Positions 38,532 to 48,327 of a stretch of DNA of 64,000 nt are shown one piece after another. The DNA is from a virus, in the IMG/VR virus record IMGVR_UViG_3300036832_000330, positions 29,648 through 93,647 of that record. One strand, given 5' to 3'. The notes under the pieces are model-generated. The model was not told where the DNA came from. It worked only from the letters and a program-made list of their open reading frames with translations, and ran no database searches. Position numbers and translations under genes: made by a program. Numbering within the stretch: the first letter of the stretch is position 1; each line of letters opens with the position of its first letter.

Positions 38532-39808
38532 TGCCTAAGAAGGGCCGCAAGGCCACCCGTACCACACCGGGGTTCACCGGGCCGTTCAAGGGCAATGCCC
38601 AGCAGGGCACGCTCTTCGACGTGGGCACTCTGCCCAAGACTGGTGACGAGATCGGCCCTCGTGGCTACAGCCTGAACCGCTCTCGCCAGTTCCAGGCCAT
38701 CTTCCAGGGCGTCAAGGGCACGATAAAGCCCGGTACGAGGTATGCCTTTGGAGCAGAGGGTCCGAAAACCCACATGTTCATCAAGCATGTAGCTAGAGAT
38801 CCGATGGATCCAGAAGCTGGGACTCGCCCTGCCGTAGAACCTAATCAGCACCCCTTCGGGCCATCTCGGGTGCCTCTGCCTCCCCCGGAAAAACGTAACG
38901 CTGCTACTAAGCACATCCAACTGGCACAGAGCCTGGAGCGAGCTAAGTCCAAGTTGGTGGACACCCTGGCACGTTCCACGGTGGACCCGGAGTCGCTCAA
39001 GGGTCTGTCGGAGATCTCCATGCAGCCCGAAAACCCGGAGTATGCCGGCAGATACCACGGCCCGCCTCATCGACAACACACCTCCATCCAGTTGGCCGTC
39101 ACCAAGGAGTCACCCGAAAAAACCTCGTGGCCGACTGAGGATCGGCCTGACATCCCGTTCTCCTATCCCTCTGATGTCAAGCGCCCTGAACAACGAGGAC
39201 CGGTTGACCCTCACTCAGAGATGACCCTCCTGCACGAACTGGGTCACCACGTTTCGGCCATGACCGAGAGACCGTCATCCGAATACCGTGATCCTAGACA
39301 GATGGGAACAGAGGAAGGATTTGCCGACGCTTTTGCCGTAGGGCACTACCGGGAAGATACTCGCACCGCTCGTTGGCATGGGCGTATCGATCCCCGCGAA
39401 CACACCTACCTGGGCCGTGGTGGCCCCCGTGACTGGCAGAAGTTCTCAGTCAGCCCCATATCCCAGTATCGACAGGCTCTAGGGGCGCAGAACGTCCCTC
39501 CTGACAAGGGTGAATCTCTGGAGCGTGGCGCTATCCAGGAACGACATGAGCGACCCATGCTGGATGAGTACCTACCTGCACACCAGCAGGTCTTCAGCAC
39601 TCGCATAGAGGGATGGTCGAGCCGTGGTGCTACTCCCGAAGAACATCGGGCAGGGGTGTACAAGAAGGCGCGCCAGATAACCAATACGCGAACCGGTAGG
39701 TTCAAACAAGAGCGGCAGGAGGTCAAGCGTCGCTGGGGCGTGAACCGTAACTCAGCCTTCCAGGGATCACAGTGGGCGGGTGGGGATGAGGAGAGCAATG
39801 AGCGTTGA
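38531..39808 (+). CDS. zincin-like metallopeptidase-domain protein
   Basis: TLLHELGHH...EEGFADAFA. Confidence 0.7.
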   Translation: MPKKGRKATRTTPGFTGPFKGNAQQGTLFDVGTLPKTGDEIGPRGYSLNRSRQFQAIFQGVKGTIKPGTRYAFGAEGPKTHMFIKHVARDPMDPEAGTRPAVEPNQHPFGPSRVPLPPPEKRNAATKHIQLAQSLERAKSKLVDTLARSTVDPESLKGLSEISMQPENPEYAGRYHGPPHRQHTSIQLAVTKESPEKTSWPTEDRPDIPFSYPSDVKRPEQRGPVDPHSEMTLLHELGHHVSAMTERPSSEYRDPRQMGTEEGFADAFAVGHYREDTRTARWHGRIDPREHTYLGRGGPRDWQKFSVSPISQYRQALGAQNVPPDKGESLERGAIQERHERPMLDEYLPAHQQVFSTRIEGWSSRGATPEEHRAGVYKKARQITNTRTGRFKQERQEVKRRWGVNRNSAFQGSQWAGGDEESNER

Positions 39809-41225
39809 GTTGTACTTCGCCGGGGCTGAGGTGCCCACCTGGAGGAAGCTCTTGGCCCAGGAGCATGTGCCCCACGTCGCCATCAACTACCTCCACCTCA
39901 AGCCCCGTTTGCCCCAGGAGAAGCCCTGGACCCTGGCCCAGCACTTCCCGCAGGAGGCCAAGCTGTTCCTGGTGTCGGGGGCCTCAGCCACCGAGAAGAA
40001 GGGCTGGAGCGTCGAGCAGCACGAGGAGTTCTTCGCCGGCTACTTCGACTTCGTGCGGGAGAACATCGACCGGCTGGCCTACTTCACCGAGTACGACGCC
40101 CTGGGCCTGGGCCTGGACTGGGTGCTACGCCAGCGCCAGGTCTGGGAGGGCCTGGCTGACGAGAAGCTGGTGCCCATCTGGCGCGAGACCTGGGGTGCGC
40201 CCCTGCTTCGGGACATGGTCGAGGCGCACCCCAACCTGGGTGTGCCTCCTATCACGCCCAGGACCGCCAACGTACTGTCGGGCCTGGTCAGGCGCACGAG
40301 GATTTCGCTGCACGGGCTGTCCTTCAGCCACCCCTATGATCAGCCTGGCGGTCTCTACAGCACCATCGTTTCCTCGTCCTGGATCTCCCCCACCCGGTTC
40401 GGGGAAACGGTGGTGTGGGACCAGAACCGGCTGCGCCGCTACCCGGCTGATGAGAAGGCCAAGATCCGCCGCCGGTACGCTCAGCACTTCGCCCAGGCCG
40501 GTTTCGACGCGGAGCGGATCCTGAAGGACGACTCCAAGGAGGTGGCCCGGTACACCATCTGGGCCTGGCGTCGTCTGGAGGAGTCCATGGAGGGGCCGGG
40601 ATCAACTCATGGAGATATGGGAAGATCTTCCGATAACGGCTCGGACCCCGTTGAAGTAGTTGGTCATAGGAGCCTGGAAGTGCATCAAAACGGGTCAGAC
40701 GACCGCCAGGTCATGCCGGTGTTCGCCTTCCGCCCGGTGACCTCCACCGTGCCCAACCCAGACGGGGCCGGCACCGTCGAGGTCACCAGCCAGGTGGCGG
40801 TAACGGGGCAGGCCAGCGTGCGTGCCTGTGACTCCTGTTCCCTGGCCGTGGTCTGCCCGCTCTTTGAGTCAGGCTCTCAGTGCAAGTACTCGATCCCCAT
40901 CGAGATCCGCAACCGTGACCAACTCTTGGGCATCCTGCACTCTCTCCTGGAGCTTCAGGGGCAGAGGATCGCCTTTGCCCGGTTCTCGGAGGAGCTTCAG
41001 GGCGGATACCCCGATGCGAACCTTTCGTCCGAGTTAGACCGATTCATGAAGATGACCATGTCGGTCAAGGAGATCCAGGACAACCGGGACTTCTTGAAGG
41101 TGACCGTGGAGGGGCGTGCCCAGGCCGGGGTGCTGAGCCGGCTGTTCGGGGCCGAGAGGGCTGAGTCTCTACGTCGAGTCGATCCTGACAAGGCAGAGGA
41201 TGCGGTTCGACGCACGATGCAATAG
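39798..41225 (+). CDS. tRNA-guanine transglycosylase/DpdA-like TIM barrel (apparently inactive) with C-terminal Cys cluster
   Basis: LYFAG, LFLVSGA, EYD, VPIW, LHGL, SSSW..RFG; CDSC..CP..C. Confidence 0.6.
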   Translation: MSVELYFAGAEVPTWRKLLAQEHVPHVAINYLHLKPRLPQEKPWTLAQHFPQEAKLFLVSGASATEKKGWSVEQHEEFFAGYFDFVRENIDRLAYFTEYDALGLGLDWVLRQRQVWEGLADEKLVPIWRETWGAPLLRDMVEAHPNLGVPPITPRTANVLSGLVRRTRISLHGLSFSHPYDQPGGLYSTIVSSSWISPTRFGETVVWDQNRLRRYPADEKAKIRRRYAQHFAQAGFDAERILKDDSKEVARYTIWAWRRLEESMEGPGSTHGDMGRSSDNGSDPVEVVGHRSLEVHQNGSDDRQVMPVFAFRPVTSTVPNPDGAGTVEVTSQVAVTGQASVRACDSCSLAVVCPLFESGSQCKYSIPIEIRNRDQLLGILHSLLELQGQRIAFARFSEELQGGYPDANLSSELDRFMKMTMSVKEIQDNRDFLKVTVEGRAQAGVLSRLFGAERAESLRRVDPDKAEDAVRRTMQ

Positions 41226-41460
41226 GCCCGCCTTCTTCGTTCTCTTCATGGTCATGACCGTGGTGGTGGTGGTGTTGGGACTCTGCCTGGGCGTCGTCCT
41301 GGCCGTGGTGTTCTCCTAGGCGGGTCCATGTAGATCTGCTCGGCGCGCCGCTTGGCTCGCATGTACTGGCCCCAGTCGCCCTTCCCCTCCAGGCAACCCA
41401 TCCAGGCCCTCCACTCCCAGTGTCGGGCACGCCAGTGTCGCCACCGCCAAATAATCCACT

Positions 41461-41814
41461 TCAATCTGGCAACCTCTTCCCCTTGATTTTTGAAGACTCT
41501 ACCGCCTGCTGGTGGAAGTAGTCGGCGATGTCCAGCATCCGCTGGTACTCGTCCTCATCCATGTCGTTCCGCATGAGATCCAGCACGGTGAGGATGGCAC
41601 TGCAATAGGTGTGCAAGGCGGTGGCGGCGAAAGGGTCTTTCAACCGGATCACCACGGCATCGCCCACGGGTGTGCCGTCACGCTTGGTGACGATGTACTT
41701 GTCTTCGGTTACGTCTGGGTCGATGTGCATCATGCCGGCGAGCTTGCCATTCGCGACCAGTCGCGAGGAGGGGCCTGGGGATCGCCTCCCCAGGAGGTAA
41801 TCCCCGGTGCCCAC
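41461..41814 (-). CDS. conserved hypothetical phage protein
   Basis: KYIV.KRDG..VIRLKDPFA..AL..Y...K.LPD. Confidence 0.65.
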   Translation of the reverse strand: MGTGDYLLGRRSPGPSSRLVANGKLAGMMHIDPDVTEDKYIVTKRDGTPVGDAVVIRLKDPFAATALHTYCSAILTVLDLMRNDMDEDEYQRMLDIADYFHQQAVESSKIKGKRLPD

Positions 41815-41847
41815 GAGCAGCCGGGGGGCTGGTCGTACGCTCGGACC

Positions 41848-42390
41848 ATGAGCGTGAAGATGATCCTCCAGGGCGGGCCGCTTGACCGTGAGGAACAGCT
41901 AGTCCTGGATCTGAACACCGCTCCCGGCTACCAGATGCAGTTCAACATCCCGAACTACCAGACCTTTCACACCGATGGGGAGTCGGTGCTGAGCCAGGGC
42001 CTGGTGGCGGTGTACGGCTACGTCGGGCCGGGGCCGGCACCAGGGGGAAGCGACACTTGGACATCGTCGGAGATCTATGAGTTCACGGGTGAGTACTTCG
42101 TGCCGGCACCGGGACCATTGCCCACACCAGGGCCATTGCCGCTTCCACCCACGGTGTTCATGAACGCCCTCAGCGGCATGACGGTCAACGCCAACGACCC
42201 CTTGCCAGGGGTCCAGCTTGTCGGTGAGGGCGACATGTCGGTCGACGCCCTGGTCATCTCCTTCGACTACGCCACCGTGGCCCTCCTGGCTGAGACCAGC
42301 ATGAGCATCACCCGGCAGACCTGGGCCAACACGGTCAGCATGAGCGCCCAGACATCCCTACAAGTCACAGGATTGGTGAACGGACAATGA
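41848..42390 (+). CDS. hypothetical (possibly structural) protein
   Basis: TACGCT-N6-ATG start; LQGGPLD motif. Confidence 0.65.
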   Translation: MSVKMILQGGPLDREEQLVLDLNTAPGYQMQFNIPNYQTFHTDGESVLSQGLVAVYGYVGPGPAPGGSDTWTSSEIYEFTGEYFVPAPGPLPTPGPLPLPPTVFMNALSGMTVNANDPLPGVQLVGEGDMSVDALVISFDYATVALLAETSMSITRQTWANTVSMSAQTSLQVTGLVNGQ

Positions 42391-42614
42391 GCAGCAGCAT
42401 CACTCTCCAGACCACTGACGGTCGAATCATTCATGGCATCAACTACGGCGTCAACACCACCACCCTGCCCAGTGACCCAGCCGCCCTGGCTGCCGGCATG
42501 CCGGGTGGCATGGCCTATGGCGTGTACCACATCCACACCCCCAGTGGTTGGCAGTACATCCCGGCCAGTCAGATTGCCGCCGTCCTCCAGGTGTCGGCAG
42601 GGAAGCCGACGTGA
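42387..42614 (+). CDS. hypothetical protein
   Basis: ATGA coupling. Confidence 0.6.
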   Translation: MSSSITLQTTDGRIIHGINYGVNTTTLPSDPAALAAGMPGGMAYGVYHIHTPSGWQYIPASQIAAVLQVSAGKPT

Positions 42615-42769
42615 AGACCTGTGAGGAATGCCTGGGTCATGGCTACATCGAGTGCCCCACCTGTGACGGTACGGGTGAGGTAGAAGGGGAAGAGTACGAG
42701 CAGCTACAGATCCCAGGAGAAGACTGGTCGAAATATGAGCGCCCTGAACGGAGCGGGACTGGACATTAG
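42611..42769 (+). CDS. small DnaJ-type CxxCxGxG zinc-finger protein
   Basis: CEECLGHG..CPTCDGTG. Confidence 0.6.
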   Translation: MKTCEECLGHGYIECPTCDGTGEVEGEEYEQLQIPGEDWSKYERPERSGTGH

Positions 42770-43154
42770 TTGCGGGTGCTACAGCGGCACCTGTGAAGGC
42801 TTCGACGCCCTGCGGATCATGCTGTCCCAGGTGGCCGGGTACGGCATCCAGGACTACCGCCACCAGGGCGGGCCGGTCTTGCCCAACCTGGACTGGCATG
42901 CCTTCACCGACGACGACCTGCACGGGGAATGGCCTAACGGCGCTCCTGATGATCCCCTGGTGATCCTCCTGGCTCACCACGAGCATGCGGGGCGGATCAA
43001 GCGCGAGCATGCCTCCTACCTGGCTGACCGCCTGGAGGAGCTAAGTGCCGTCCTTCTGGGCCATCGCGATATGCGCTGGGCATTGCTGACCCAGCAGTTC
43101 GTGCGGGGCCTGCGCTATGCCGTCAGCAACCACATGGATGTAGTGTTCAACTGA
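42735..43154 (+). CDS. hypothetical protein
   Basis: GLDIS..C..G...F..LR; codon bias. Confidence 0.65.
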   Translation: MSALNGAGLDISCGCYSGTCEGFDALRIMLSQVAGYGIQDYRHQGGPVLPNLDWHAFTDDDLHGEWPNGAPDDPLVILLAHHEHAGRIKREHASYLADRLEELSAVLLGHRDMRWALLTQQFVRGLRYAVSNHMDVVFN

Positions 43155-43345
43155 TGTCTGATGAGTACCACCGGAAGCTGGACGAGCACTCCTTCGTCCA
43201 TCGCATCGACCCCCTGCGGGATGCAGCCAGGCGAGCGGTGGATCAGTGGGATCGGGAGGACGAGATGGACAGGATCGAACTCTCCAATGGTTTCTGGGAC
43301 GCCATGAGACAGCTACGGCAAGTTCTAGATGAGGTGAAGCGATGA
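43154..43345 (+). CDS. hypothetical protein
   Basis: TGATG coupling. Confidence 0.55.
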   Translation: MSDEYHRKLDEHSFVHRIDPLRDAARRAVDQWDREDEMDRIELSNGFWDAMRQLRQVLDEVKR

Positions 43346-43833
43346 GCGAGACTCCTACTCCCCTCTTGGTGGGTGCCCAGTTCCTGGGGCTGGCCGACGA
43401 TGCCAAGTTCCAGCGTCAGGTCTTGACCGACCCCTACCTGCAAGCTGCTGTCTACGCGCTGGGGAAGGTAGTGATCATGGGGGAGGTACCAGAGGTGGAG
43501 GTGACATCCTCAAGCTCGCTCATGCATGCAGCTTCCCCTGAGAGGCCCCCAGAACGCCGCAGGAGCGGCGCAAAAAATGTTTCCGACCCACACCTTCAAA
43601 ACGTCTTTATTTCGGAGGCACGGCGTTCTACGGGCCAGCCTGACGTGGAGACCGTTCGGGAGTTCCTGGGCCGGGAGGTGAGGCTGGTCTTTAATGTGGA
43701 CTGGCCCCCGAAGCTGGGCACGTTGACCCAGATCATCGACCTCCCCACCGCCGCACCTGTCTATCTCGTCATGGATGATGACGACTCGATCCGGTATCCC
43801 CTCTACGCCGTCCAGAGCATCGAGTTGGTATGA
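43342..43833 (+). CDS. hypothetical protein
   Basis: GAGGTG RBS, ATGA coupling. Confidence 0.6.
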   Translation: MSETPTPLLVGAQFLGLADDAKFQRQVLTDPYLQAAVYALGKVVIMGEVPEVEVTSSSSLMHAASPERPPERRRSGAKNVSDPHLQNVFISEARRSTGQPDVETVREFLGREVRLVFNVDWPPKLGTLTQIIDLPTAAPVYLVMDDDDSIRYPLYAVQSIELV

Positions 43834-43987
43834 CCACTGACCACCCTCCCGTGGACGTGAAGGGCGTCTACTTCCAGGACGTGGAGCTACCGAAGTTCGA
43901 CGCCTTCCCCCGGCTCTTTGAGTGCGGGGAGTGCGGAGCCGTGGTCATCGACCGCCAACTGCACGCCGGCTGGCACAAGAGGCAGGA

Positions 43988-45064
43988 ATGACAATCGGCC
44001 TGGTCATGATCGTCAAGGACGAGGCAGCCATCCTGCCCCGGTTGGCTGAGAGCTTGAAGGGCCAGATCGACTACTGGACAATGGTGGACACCGGCAGCAC
44101 TGACGACACAGAGCGCGTCGCCAGGGCGGCGTTCGCTGATGTCGAGGGCCAGTTCCTCCATGACGAGTGGCGGGGGTTCGGGCCGTCGCGGACGGTCGCA
44201 CTTCGTGCCGCGGAGGCCCACAGCGACTGGATGCTCGTCCTCGACGCCGACGACACCTTCCACGGCAAGATCGATGAGGCGCAGTGGCTGCCCGGTACGG
44301 ACTGCATCGAGGCCCGGATACAGAGCGGGGACTTGGTGTGGTGGCTGCCCAAGCTGTTGCGCTCCAACCGGGGCTGGGAGAGCCGGGGGCGGGCGCACGA
44401 GTACTACAACAGCCCCATCGCCAGCCCTGCCATTCGCACCGACAGTTTCTGGATCGAGCATCACGGTGACGGCAGTGGGCGGGCTGGCAAGTTCCACCGG
44501 GACGTGGCCCTGCTCCTGACCGACTGGGAGGAGGATCCCACCGACAGTCGGACGGCCTTCTACCTGGCCCGCAGCTACGATGATGCCGGCGACTGGCCCC
44601 AGGCCATCGACTGGTACCGCACCCGGCTGCGCCTGGGGGGCTGGGACGAGGAGACCTTCTACGCCCGGTACCGCCTGGGGGCCTGCCTGGTCAACCTGGG
44701 GGCCACCCAGGAGGGCTGTGGGCACCTCTGGGAAGCCTGGGGCCTGCGGACAGACCGGGCTGAGCCACTGGTGACCCTGGCTGAGCATTACCGTCTGAGC
44801 CAGCAGTGGGCGCTGGCCTACCACGTCATCGACCTGGCCTACAGCCACTGTCTGGCCCAGCCCGGTAACCGGCTGCCGCGCCATACCGGGCTGTTCGTGG
44901 ATGTCAACGCCGCCGCCTGGAGAGCGGCTTACGAGCAGTCCATCAGTGCCTGGTACACCGGCCACAAGCAACGTGGCAAGATGCTCTCGGAATGGCTGTC
45001 CAGCGTGATCCTGCCCGAACCTTACGCCGCCTCGGCACGGGCGAACGCCGCCTTCTATGAGTAA
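43988..45064 (+). CDS. glycosyltransferase family 2 with TPR repeats
   Basis: MIVKDEA, VDTGSTDDT, F...R..AL, LDADD, HEY; FYLARSY TPRs. Confidence 0.92.
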   Translation: MTIGLVMIVKDEAAILPRLAESLKGQIDYWTMVDTGSTDDTERVARAAFADVEGQFLHDEWRGFGPSRTVALRAAEAHSDWMLVLDADDTFHGKIDEAQWLPGTDCIEARIQSGDLVWWLPKLLRSNRGWESRGRAHEYYNSPIASPAIRTDSFWIEHHGDGSGRAGKFHRDVALLLTDWEEDPTDSRTAFYLARSYDDAGDWPQAIDWYRTRLRLGGWDEETFYARYRLGACLVNLGATQEGCGHLWEAWGLRTDRAEPLVTLAEHYRLSQQWALAYHVIDLAYSHCLAQPGNRLPRHTGLFVDVNAAAWRAAYEQSISAWYTGHKQRGKMLSEWLSSVILPEPYAASARANAAFYE

Positions 45065-45290
45065 CAGCTTCAAGTGCCCCAGGTGTGGCACGGTCAGCTA
45101 TCTCCCCCATGACCTGGAGGAGGGTTATTGCGGTCACTGCCATGACTGGACTGCGTCGCCTCATGGCATCGTCTGGCCCTTCGTGTCGAGGAGGGAACTG
45201 GAGGATCTGGAGGTGGTCGAAGTGCCTGACCGGATCATGGGGAACCGGGTAGAGACAGAGCGTGGCGAAAAAACCCAATCCTCTGACTGA
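45057..45290 (+). CDS. small Zn-ribbon protein
   Basis: CPRCG..YCGHCH. Confidence 0.6.
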   Translation: MSNSFKCPRCGTVSYLPHDLEEGYCGHCHDWTASPHGIVWPFVSRRELEDLEVVEVPDRIMGNRVETERGEKTQSSD

Positions 45291-45565
45291 GGCCCAGGGC
45301 AACCTTATTGTGGCTGAACTGGGTGTCCTGGCTACCTGCGCCCTCCTGACCCTGTACGGGGCCTGGCGAGGCATCTTCACCGTGACCAAGACCGCCTCTC
45401 AGGTCAAGGACGTAGCGGAGGGCATGGCTAGTCGCTTCTGATGCCCCACTACCGGGCCTGGCCTAAGTCCTGGGGCCTGATGTGGGTCAATGACACCCTG
45501 ACCCTGCGGAGCGGCTCGCACGCCTGGTTGCTGGACTGGAGGAAGCTGCGGGAGCGAGCCAGGTA

Positions 45566-46147
45566 CTACTGACCTCGCTTGCGGGCCTGGTATGTCTCGA
45601 TCATCTCCCAGATGACCTCGACGGCCCACTGGCACACCGTGATCCGATCAGCGGCTGCGGTGCGGTCGAAGAAGGTGCCGCAGTCATGTGGGTATAACTC
45701 GCTCTCGTGATCCTGCTCCCCGGTCTCGATGTTGCGACCGTGGAAGGTGGTGATGGCGTAGAAGGTGACCCGTCCGCTGGTGCGGTCTACCACCTCGATG
45801 AGGTAGCCCATCATATAGTCGGCGTCGATGGTCATGACCACGCCGTTGATGTAGGTCTCCTCGTTGCAGTGCCAGAACTCGCTGTGGAGGCCGGTGCCCC
45901 AGTTCTCACGGGTCTGGATGTCCCAGGGGATGTCGAGAAAGCACTGAACTACTTCCTGCATTTTTATCTTCTCCTCGTGGCACACGCAGGCACAGCCGGC
46001 GCGAGCCTGGTCGACATGGCAGTCGCACTCGTCACAGTGCAGGAGCCGGTACTGCAACTCGGGCCAGGTAGGCATCTTGCCCCCGGCAGCTATGTAGTCC
46101 CGCAGGATCTTCGCGGCTTGCTCGTTGGTGATGGGTTCTTTGCTCAC
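45566..46147 (-). CDS. hypothetical protein
   Basis: Codon bias; CDECDCH..CACVCH; start at GTG MSKEPIT is approximate. Confidence 0.6.
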   Translation of the reverse strand: MSKEPITNEQAAKILRDYIAAGGKMPTWPELQYRLLHCDECDCHVDQARAGCACVCHEEKIKMQEVVQCFLDIPWDIQTRENWGTGLHSEFWHCNEETYINGVVMTIDADYMMGYLIEVVDRTSGRVTFYAITTFHGRNIETGEQDHESELYPHDCGTFFDRTAAADRITVCQWAVEVIWEMIETYQARKRGQ

Positions 46148-46327
46148 ACTCTGTACAAGGAGGCTTGAGCGGCGAAGTGTCAAAAGAAAATCGAGAACCC
46201 CTGACCGGGGCAGTGCCTCTCGCGCCAACGGCCCAAGGCGGGGTGTGAGTCCTGTACTGGAACAAGGTCGAGTCAGGTCTCAGGGACCAAAAGAAGCCGG
46301 TCAGGGGTTCCCGAAAAATATACCACA

Positions 46328-46720
46328 CTACGAGTAGCGAAGGCGGTCGTATTTTCCTTGCAGGCGGGCCACCACCTCGATGGCCTCCTGGGAGGGGTTC
46401 TCGATGTCGCGCTTGCCATGCTCGCACGCCTCTGTACCGGAGGCGAACAGCGGGGTGTGTTCCTCGACGGTGCTGGGGTCGACGCCCCACAGGCGAAAGG
46501 CTAGAGGCTCATGTGCGTGGTCTTGACGCCCGTGTACGACCGTCCAGCCATGGCAGATGACCTCAGGGGTGGCATGGCAGTGGAAGGCCCCCATGGGCTG
46601 CTCATGGGTCTCTGCGTCGTACTGAGCCAGCTTCTCGTACTCGCTGGCAGCCCACACTCCACTGGGCACATCCCGGCGATAGGGGCAGGCCAGACAGGAC
46701 TCCTTGCGGATGTCAGCCAT
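46328..46720 (-). CDS. DUF6283-like Cys/His-rich protein
   Basis: CLACPYRRDVPSGVW..EYEKL..YD..FHCH..CHGW. Confidence 0.7.
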   Translation of the reverse strand: MADIRKESCLACPYRRDVPSGVWAASEYEKLAQYDAETHEQPMGAFHCHATPEVICHGWTVVHGRQDHAHEPLAFRLWGVDPSTVEEHTPLFASGTEACEHGKRDIENPSQEAIEVVARLQGKYDRLRYS

Positions 46721-46858
46721 CCTTAGGCTCCACGGGCCGGTGAGGGGCGTCGAAGACGCCGTAGGAGCGGGCGTGGTTGTCGCAGTAATACTCGTCGTAC
46801 TCGGTGTCGAGCGTGGTGGCGGTCTCGCCGCACACGCAGCAGGTAGGGAGATCGGTGG

Positions 46859-47044
46859 TCATGCCAGGGCCTCCGGGTTGATGTCCCTGGCCTCCAGGAT
46901 GCGGGAGATCAGGATGGGGCGGGTGATGTCGGGGAAGATCTGCGCCCCCACGCGCTCAGCCTCAGCGACGAGTTCCATGTAGCGCATCTTGTGCAGCCGG
47001 CGCTCATAGCCCACGAGGTCGCGGACGGTCTCTTCTTCACTCAT
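46859..47044 (-). CDS. hypothetical protein
   Basis: Coupled early-operon ORF. Confidence 0.5.
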   Translation of the reverse strand: MSEEETVRDLVGYERRLHKMRYMELVAEAERVGAQIFPDITRPILISRILEARDINPEALA

Positions 47045-47250
47045 TGGTGTTCCACCCGCACGCTGTTCTCAAAGAACTCGTGCGGCATCCAGGTGGCCCC
47101 AGGATCCGGGCGGAAATCCACCTGGATGGTGGTGGGGTCGAGGTGCCCAGGCAGGCGCACCAGCACCTGGGTGCATGTGCGATCTGTCGCTGTTGCGTTG
47201 GGCACGGTGATGACGATGGCGGTCTCGATGTAGGTCTCAGGCATCGGCAT
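47041..47250 (-). CDS. hypothetical protein
   Basis: Coupled early-operon ORF. Confidence 0.55.
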   Translation of the reverse strand: MPMPETYIETAIVITVPNATATDRTCTQVLVRLPGHLDPTTIQVDFRPDPGATWMPHEFFENSVRVEHQ

Positions 47251-47554
47251 GCTCCAGTGCGTATTTCATCGCTATGTCCTTGGCCTCTTTCATGGTGGCG
47301 ACCAGGGTGATGTCGGTCGACCGTGCGTTCTTCGGCTCCAGGCGCACCTCCCAGGTCTTGGCGATCAGACCGCTCCAGCGGACGCTGGAACCTCGCATGT
47401 CAGCGATGTAGATATCGGTGCCACGCAGCCGGTAATAGCCGGGTTGGATGCGCTGCCAGGTCAAACGCTTGCCCTTCTCGGGGCCAGCGTTGCCCTGCCA
47501 CCAGTCGATGTTAGGCATCGTCCAGCACCTGGCGACCTTTTTCGGTGATGACAC
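47237..47554 (-). CDS. hypothetical protein
   Basis: Early-operon ORF; start uncertain. Confidence 0.5.
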   Translation of the reverse strand: MSSPKKVARCWTMPNIDWWQGNAGPEKGKRLTWQRIQPGYYRLRGTDIYIADMRGSSVRWSGLIAKTWEVRLEPKNARSTDITLVATMKEAKDIAMKYALEHADA

Positions 47555-47747
47555 ACGCTTTGCCGTTATTGATGTCTATGCGGTAGGTGCTATTGGGGTC
47601 ATTGGGATTGTCCGGTACGACCGGTACGATCAGGCCCTCCTGTATCAGGTTGTAGACCATGGGCATGAGGCTGGCAGCGTCCCAGATCCTGGGGTGCCCG
47701 CTCTCGTAGCTGCGGAGCATGTCCAGGTCTTCGGGGGTGATGGTCAT
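47511..47747 (-). CDS. small winged-helix-like hypothetical protein
   Basis: LIQEGLI...ITEKGRQVL. Confidence 0.55.
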   Translation of the reverse strand: MTITPEDLDMLRSYESGHPRIWDAASLMPMVYNLIQEGLIVPVVPDNPNDPNSTYRIDINNGKACVITEKGRQVLDDA

Positions 47748-48106
47748 TTGAGACTCCCGTCTTCGTTGTGTGGATAGAAGGTCTGCTCACCGCGGAACCG
47801 CATCTGCTCGTCGGCCTCATGAGTGAGGTGGAAATGGATCAGGCCACGGATCTGTTGGCGAGGATCCTCGTAGGGGTCGACCTCAATGGTCACCCGTAGC
47901 TGATCCATGTCCTCATGGAAGTCCTTGTCGGTGTCGAGGACGAACACGTTCAGTTGCAGCCGGTTGGCCTCCCGGTCGACGCTGACCTCGCCCAGGACGG
48001 TGTCGCCCAGGCCCCACTGGAAGTGATCGCACTCCTCATCCAGGCGGTCGTACATGGCGTCCAGGGCGTCCAGGCGTCCCTCCAGCCGGTCAGTACTCCA
48101 GGTCAT
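47744..48106 (-). CDS. hypothetical protein
   Basis: HEADE..F.PH; ATGA coupling. Confidence 0.6.
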   Translation of the reverse strand: MTWSTDRLEGRLDALDAMYDRLDEECDHFQWGLGDTVLGEVSVDREANRLQLNVFVLDTDKDFHEDMDQLRVTIEVDPYEDPRQQIRGLIHFHLTHEADEQMRFRGEQTFYPHNEDGSLK

Positions 48107-48327
48107 CGGTCCATCATCTGGACATACCAGAGGACTTTCTCCAGCCACTCAGCGGTGGGCCAGGTCTCGGCCTGGGCGCTGTTGGGCACCTCGATGCCCA
48201 GGCGGCGCATGATGGCGAAGGCGACCTCGTGACGCCATTCGCTGCCGCCCTCCATGTCTACGTTGCCTTCTTTCTCCAGGGCCTCCCAGGCGACGTGGAA
48301 GGCTTCGGGGTCGGATATGTCAAACAT
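48103..48327 (-). CDS. hypothetical protein
   Basis: AGGAG RBS; starts MFDISD. Confidence 0.55.
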   Translation of the reverse strand: MFDISDPEAFHVAWEALEKEGNVDMEGGSEWRHEVAFAIMRRLGIEVPNSAQAETWPTAEWLEKVLWYVQMMDR

